64,000 nucleotides of DNA, taken from contig JBEUKZ010000078.1 of the NCBI GenBank assembly GCA_048128005.1, positions 124,001-188,000 of the forward strand, in the 5' to 3' direction. Numbering within the stretch: the first letter of the stretch is position 1; every line of letters begins with the position of its first letter. A program made the position numbers and the translations under genes. The notes under the pieces were generated by a model. That model was not told the DNA's origin. It worked only from the letters and a program-made list of their open reading frames with translations, and ran no database searches. Source of the stretch: Veleropilina oligotropha. Taxonomy: Eukaryota. Of this stretch, positions 63,701 through 64,000 are shown piece after piece.

Positions 63701-64000
63701 TTGATAATAATATACATTTATTGACTTTTGTTAAAGATAAATAAAAAGATACATTCACCATTAAAAGTGATGTTTATACTTATAAATACTAGTACATAAC
63801 TATTTCCTATCCATTATGTGGCGTAGACTCTGGATTATATCTCTATAAATTTCTTATAAACATATTCACAATAAGAAATCTGTCTTTGTTTGAAAAAATA
63901 AAGAATGTTCATTCCGACATTCAGTCGAGCGCTGGTAGAGAAAATGTTGACTTCAGTTTTATACAGTTTCAGAAGAGTCGCTGTTGGCAGCGTCTAATAT
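27403..64000 (+). CDS. MYO19: Unconventional myosin, MYO19-like (5' part of motor domain; spliced, continues beyond the window)
   Basis: 14 GT-AG-bounded, phase-compatible exons: 27403-27438, 35794-35895, 36548-36647, 37340-37482, 37986-38099, 45168-45229, 45588-45658, 55876-55945, 59852-59954, 60429-60534, 62065-62147, 62825-62900, 63164-63205, 63967-end. The translation contains [15 protein letters not shown]-loop [43 protein letters not shown] and [16 protein letters not shown]. YTxAGxTxVAxNPF and [15 protein letters not shown] resemble MYO19 most. Myosin identity is certain; the class assignment is less so. Confidence 0.8.
27481..27697 (+). repeat. DIRS left ITR
   Basis: Reverse complement of 34646-34850. 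Confidence 0.95.
28447..30696 (+). pseudogene. DIRS gag-like ORF1 interrupted by one in-frame TGA (28942-28944)
   Basis: ORFs 28357-28944 and 29206-30696 share a frame and 28945-29205 has no stop. N-terminal C/H finger (CSSSGC...[21 protein letters not shown]) and a C-terminal LLLRRDA motif typical of DIRS gag. Confidence 0.85.
30488..32770 (+). CDS. DIRS reverse transcriptase - RNase H - methyltransferase-like ORF
   Basis: [41 protein letters not shown]; RNase [31 protein letters not shown]-like VDLFA...AYAFPP. Confidence 0.95.
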   Translation: MPSRRRYCTPFGVHLPTRGSDQGPPGPRSLLSVRSPLRVVGLRPINPLQRGKHLQRNPVSRAGEGSLGPRAAGIRDGPSCPLPPVGACLLAHSQSWLELTDSNWVHLVVRAGYKLAFNRHPTLTEAPPSRHARLLNGEKQAVLDQAVWDLLLKRAIYPAPPSTPGFYSHFFLVPKPDGRWRPILDLSYLNRYLRTEKFQQETLSKIRAAIRPGDWAASIDLTDAYLHVPMHVTAHQYLRFIHGETIYQFRCLPFGLSSAPYVFTRTVQALGAFLHSLGHRVHMYLDDWLILGASRDLCLRSTSFTLSSTKRLGFQINETKSCFVPSTTFTFLGVDFDTVRYTAKPTQKRMRNLRAVIQDTLSSDITTARQLATVLGHIESVATLLPTGRMDKRPLQQAFRDRWIQRTGQWTDRIDLRHWFTSTTAVWLNPALPDQSVPISPPEPNAYLFTDASNDGWGGHLDSYETSGLWPTDLQGRHINFLELEAVYLSVRSLSSHLRNKHIMLATDNTTVVAYIQHQGGTRSRPLFDRAIDLHRLVMSLNSTIRARHIPGKLNVRADSLSRKSQIIHTEWTLHSRVARDVCRRWSQPQVDLFATEFNYRLPLYVSPYPDPAALAVDALSMTWENLSAYAFPPSCILSLVLQKASNERCEITLIAPLYRTQPWFPTLLDLIVDRPLALPQKLDLLMQPRSRVLHPSPNDLRLHAWRLSNDPLLRKDFLTQQPYASIDREGFPRQKFMTTDGSSTWIGVTAGRSIYSVPL
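30724..33681 (+). CDS. DIRS tyrosine recombinase ORF (long N-terminal frame overlapping RT)
   Basis: C-terminal ~350 aa contain [29 protein letters not shown] and W...FVKHY (R-H-R-Y catalytic set); the true start is uncertain. Confidence 0.92.
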   Translation: MPASAGGSVPVSAQPVVAGADRQQLGPLSREGRIQVGIQPASDLNRGTTIKTRSPPKRRETSGLRPGSVGFAPKKSDISRAAQHTRILQPFLPGPETRWPLATDPRSLVSQPISSYREIPARNPLEDSSGHPSGRLGSVYRSDRRVSACPDACHGSSVPSVYTRGDDLPIQVPTVRSIVSPLRLHENSTGPRGLPTLSRAQGTYVPRRLADPRGIPGSVPPVYELYPVIDEAPGISDQRDKILLRTLDDVYVPRSRLRYGPVHREADPEAYAEPTRGYPRHPVIGHNYGATTGHCPGAHRVGSDPATDRSHGQTTVTTGVQGSLDTTDGAVDGSHRSTALVYQHNSSVVEPCFAGPVGSYIPARAERLPVHRRFERRLGRSPRQLRDIRPMADGPSGTTYQLPRVRSRLPVSTVPLVTSPQQAHNARHGQHDCRRLHPAPGRHSLASPFRPSNRPTPPSDVPQLDDSSPTHPGKAECQSGFALSEITDNTHRVDATQPSSSGRLPPVVATPSRSVCNRVQLPTTSVCLPVPGPGRPSGRRTVNDMGESVRICLPPVVHSITGITEGIERTLRDNANSAPVSHATLVSDPPRSDRRSTVSATAETRPVNAAALPCTTPIAERLTFTRLAVIERSLAKKGFSHATALRIYRSRRISTTKVYDYRWVKYVDWCHSRQVNILRPPVNKFIEFLSSLFARGMSVSAVKGYRATVATTLKQCRAHVGLSSDRTISDFIRSYELEMPTRTIKPPAWNIVLILNALLLPPYEPMSTVTMRNLTHKTVFLIALASGRRCSEIHSLSAELRDIRFQSDGSVMLRPILGFLAKNQRPNEDAPDIIIPKLTLVGRHDADRLNCPVRALRFYLDRTRDMRQGKLRLFISYLPTYTRDITKTTVSRWISQAVTDVYLRCEEVDRTILSVRAHEVRAIAASIAFRHSLNITALLQAGYWKNANVFVKHYLRDYSTGADGLSSLQCVAAQRCIVRPRSSNQ
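34496..34585. repeat. DIRS internal complementary region (ICR)
   Basis: 5' half is complementary to the left terminus (atatgtagttacaaacatac...), 3' half to the right extension (...taaaaacctcat). Confidence 0.95.
34646..34882 (-). repeat. DIRS right ITR plus 3' extension
   Basis: Reverse complement of the left ITR, followed by taactaatattaggtttacttaaaaacctcat. Confidence 0.95.
35170..35631. mobile_element. Imperfect palindromic MITE with TTAA TSD (Kolobok-like)
   Basis: ttaa|agaccaggaaaagtga...tcacttttcctggcat|ttaa; the arms pair along their length (gtctggaggtgataattgct / agcaattatcacctccagac); centre ~35415. Confidence 0.75.
35794..35895 (+). CDS. Myosin exon (SH3-like N-terminus [34 protein letters not shown])
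   Basis: cag|...|gtatgt; resembles the myosin N-terminal SH3-like fold. Confidence 0.75.
36548..36647 (+). CDS. Myosin exon (...[14 protein letters not shown])
   Basis: cag|...|gtaggc; start of the motor domain. Confidence 0.8.
36797..37143 (+). mobile_element. tRNA-derived CORE-like SINE (family A, second copy)
   Basis: Colinear with 18433-18792; gggttcaatccc B-box. Confidence 0.75.
37340..37482 (+). CDS. Myosin exon (VLHCLRRRF...[14 protein letters not shown])
   Basis: ttcag|...|gtaagc. Confidence 0.9.
37986..38099 (+). CDS. Myosin exon with P-loop (PHIYGIA...SGESGAGK)
   Basis: tag|...|gtgagt. Confidence 0.92.
40197..40505 (-). pseudogene. PLE linker + C-terminal part of GIY-YIG endonuclease (core deleted); duplicate at 41990-42298
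   Basis: [15 protein letters not shown] joined almost directly to HFNLPLHS...[18 protein letters not shown]; the GIY/YIG strands are missing. Confidence 0.75.
40508..41023 (-). CDS. PLE N-terminal ORF remnant (171 aa)
   Basis: [15 protein letters not shown]...[17 protein letters not shown] resembles the region preceding RT in PLE ORFs; it lies downstream of the hammerhead on the same strand. Confidence 0.55.
   Translation of the reverse strand: MSAPLGPRPNNTDSDMSLLESDITPSASVIHVEQDRQSKRYRTFSDPDIRATKRGRPNLSNDCLTIYRKWRNASTKITKLEAQCGFLVECLQRHSVPRGLVVKCTPNVGLKHNVFTEKWTTVLSYCSLELVNLLLDFTRHSFDTLETEESSYKKDLAVKHPDDLPEATLAI
41115..41155 (-). ncRNA. Minimal type I hammerhead ribozyme
   Basis: Minus strand reads cct-CTGATGA-a-gaccta(ccaca)taggtc-GAAA-ccgg-TC-agg: catalytic core, 6-bp stem II, short palindromic stem III. 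Confidence 0.88.
41198..41345. repeat. ~10-bp minisatellite (gtgtatccgg)n inside the PLE unit; inverted copy at ~42596-42762
   Basis: Directly visible. Confidence 0.9.
41583..41834 (-). CDS. Mini-ORF with two C2H2 zinc fingers inside the PLE unit
   Basis: [23 protein letters not shown] and [24 protein letters not shown] both fit F-x-C-x2-C-x3-F/Y-x5-L-x2-H-x3/4-H. Confidence 0.7.
   Translation of the reverse strand: MFLFHRSMAHQNINMFTCPTCNNAYKCRSSLYRHQQLHRNITFVCNFCQSIFTRSDSLKDHIASFHSNEAPPGIRKYDTTKGF
42807..42847 (+). ncRNA. Minimal type I hammerhead ribozyme (inverted copy)
   Basis: cctCTGATGAagacctaccacataggtcGAAAccggTCagg. Confidence 0.88.
43045..43690 (-). pseudogene. Degenerate RTE-clade LINE fragment
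   Basis: [44 protein letters not shown], with frameshifts. Confidence 0.75.
45168..45229 (+). CDS. Myosin exon ([12 protein letters not shown])
   Basis: tgcag|...|gtaata; completes GKT. Confidence 0.85.
45588..45658 (+). CDS. Myosin exon ([15 protein letters not shown])
   Basis: cag|...|gtaaga. Confidence 0.9.
45817..47343 (+). mobile_element. Non-autonomous Helentron/HINE-like element with ~168-bp internal tandem array (~6 units)
   Basis: 5' tttatgccccc..gggggcata, (gtcc)n, units ttccgggcggtaacttcagaatgccttcatggattt..., and a 3' gggggcattcgtgtcactctgacatatctagtt end. Confidence 0.8.
49526..51883 (+). CDS. CR1-group LINE ORF2 reverse transcriptase, 5'-truncated (no endonuclease), uninterrupted
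   Basis: [45 protein letters not shown]-terminal CSCG...EHFLLYC; the 3' UTR ends near aataaaaatatgtttaaacc (~52200). Confidence 0.93.
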   Translation: MCDTLVKFLNDMSKTFIPSKDVVIRPRDQKWMSGVVRNLMRKRNRIHKRAKKTNNQTLWAKYRRIRNEVITSVRNAKCEYDKNTYSKLCNNDLRGKAWWDLFKMSNNIKTKNAIPALNIIQNGVESCILNDKIKAEILNNYFVSNSTIDAISDVEPPVQHLTNLTLNCININEQDVKDAILTLKPNKASGPDNISTNVLKNTVNAITAPLTNLFQRCLDNAQFPESWKKSHVIPIAKMTGANVPNNFRPISLTSNLGKVFEKVVYKYVFNHIKSTNILHPYQSGFLPNHSTEIQLLEIYNTIISELDKGKSMTFIFCDVSKAFDRVWHRGLLIKLESFGISGQLLRWFDNYLSDRCQRVLCNGHLSTWQNTSAGVPQGSVLGPLLFLVFINDIVSNIGPEMRLFADDTSMFISHEHDEDISDYLNAELDKLYKWSKVWHVKFNPEKTECLCITRGRNQEPPTCFMNNIPIPVVKTHKHLGLVLNSNATWTDHLSYVKQKASSRIGLLRRNKYKLNRKTLKQIYLIFIRPIIEYGSIVWDNCYEYESESLEKLQCESLRIITGLPSWCHREYLYLETGITPLKLRRLNKRLLMMYKILNNMTPPFLRLLIPPNRGSRNPYNIRNRDQLTAPLTRTEAYKKSCIPRTIYDWNALDLNVRNSPSIFTFKSRISVNIELPLYTNYEYDRKLAITHTRLRRDCCLLNSTLFRLNIIATPACSCGHVNEDVEHFLLYCPNYNEQRNVLFRVIEAQNISTLLFGTRLHSEVTNRETFKAVQIYIKKTERFKT
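52850..53095 (+). mobile_element. 3' tail fragment of another LINE
   Basis: gaggaccacaatggaaataag...tcctc stem followed by aataaat(caaat)n tail. Confidence 0.45.
54684..54776. repeat. (TA)n microsatellite
   Basis: Directly visible. Confidence 0.95.
55876..55945 (+). CDS. Myosin exon with switch I ([20 protein letters not shown])
   Basis: aag|...|gtctgt. Confidence 0.9.
55991..56783 (+). mobile_element. HINE-like element with ~140-bp internal repeats
   Basis: 5' tatccccgaaat..attttggggata, repeats with caagatggc...gccattttg, 3' hairpin cctcgacttacggggtcgagg then ctagtt. Confidence 0.7.
57090..57433. mobile_element. Near-perfect palindromic MITE with TTAA TSD (Kolobok-like)
   Basis: ttaa|agggacagggtctgcttc...gaagcagaccctgtccct|ttaa; the arms meet without a spacer at aaaaggcgtacgcttttt (~57261). 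Confidence 0.85.
57613..59775 (+). mobile_element. HINE-like element with ~180-bp internal repeats, interrupted by other inserts
   Basis: 5' tgtccccc..ggggggaca, (gtcc/gtct)n, units agctttc(c/t)gaaactttacagat..cattgggtagatcaagttcg, and a 3' gggggacaatcgccacttagtggcaatcacttgtt end. Confidence 0.75.
59852..59954 (+). CDS. Myosin exon ([26 protein letters not shown])
   Basis: tag|...|gtattt. Confidence 0.92.
60429..60534 (+). CDS. Myosin exon (LLAGCDG...)
   Basis: cag|...|gtaagt; FYQ|LLAG junction. Confidence 0.8.
61085..61970 (-). mobile_element. Degenerate Penelope/Poseidon-like fragment with inverted pseudo-LTR
   Basis: Minus strand encodes [20 protein letters not shown]...[15 protein letters not shown] and [28 protein letters not shown] (GIY-YIG region, frameshifted); ~61115-61235 is inverted at ~61845-61965. 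Confidence 0.75.
62065..62147 (+). CDS. Myosin exon ([21 protein letters not shown])
   Basis: ttcag|...|gtaaca. Confidence 0.85.
62290..62668 (+). mobile_element. L2-clade LINE 3' fragment
   Basis: [20 protein letters not shown]...[10 protein letters not shown] and tail tgtaaagcgc...gcgctatataaat..(att)n. Confidence 0.8.
62825..62900 (+). CDS. Myosin exon ([13 protein letters not shown])
   Basis: cag|...|gtatgt; equivalent to ILHLGNI.F. Confidence 0.85.
63164..63205 (+). CDS. Myosin small exon ([14 protein letters not shown]), symmetric phase 1-1
   Basis: ttacag|...|gtacaa; frame-preserving 42 bp. Confidence 0.5.
63967..64000 (+). CDS. Myosin exon, partial ([11 protein letters not shown])
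   Basis: tacag acceptor, phase 1; runs off the window. Confidence 0.65.

Overview
AT-rich, repeat-dense eukaryotic (metazoan) DNA. The repeat repertoire (Helentron/HINE-type arrays, CORE-like SINEs, DIRS1, Penelope-like elements) suggests a marine invertebrate, but the species cannot be fixed from sequence. (1) 1-12.3 kb is a stack of nested and tandem non-autonomous Helentron/HINE-like elements. (2) 13.9-26.9 kb is an unusual block. It holds an intronless, highly divergent MADS-box (SRF-like) gene fused to a Tudor/SH3-like C-terminal module. This gene is transcribed divergently from an intact ~1017-1029 aa Academ/DUF6589-like putative transposase, which is followed by repeats rich in CArG-like boxes. 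This is the best candidate for an undescribed system: an animal DNA transposon carrying its own MADS-box factor. (3) From 27.4 kb to the window end runs a spliced myosin (MYO19-like) gene, 14 exons reconstructed in frame. Its introns hold a structurally complete DIRS1 retrotransposon (ITRs + ICR, one nonsense codon in gag), an RT-less Penelope-like derivative with hammerhead ribozymes and a C2H2 mini-ORF, a CR1-group LINE nested in a hAT-like element with a 5-bp TSD, palindromic TTAA MITEs, HINEs and SINEs. All family assignments come from motif recognition by eye; no database searches were run.
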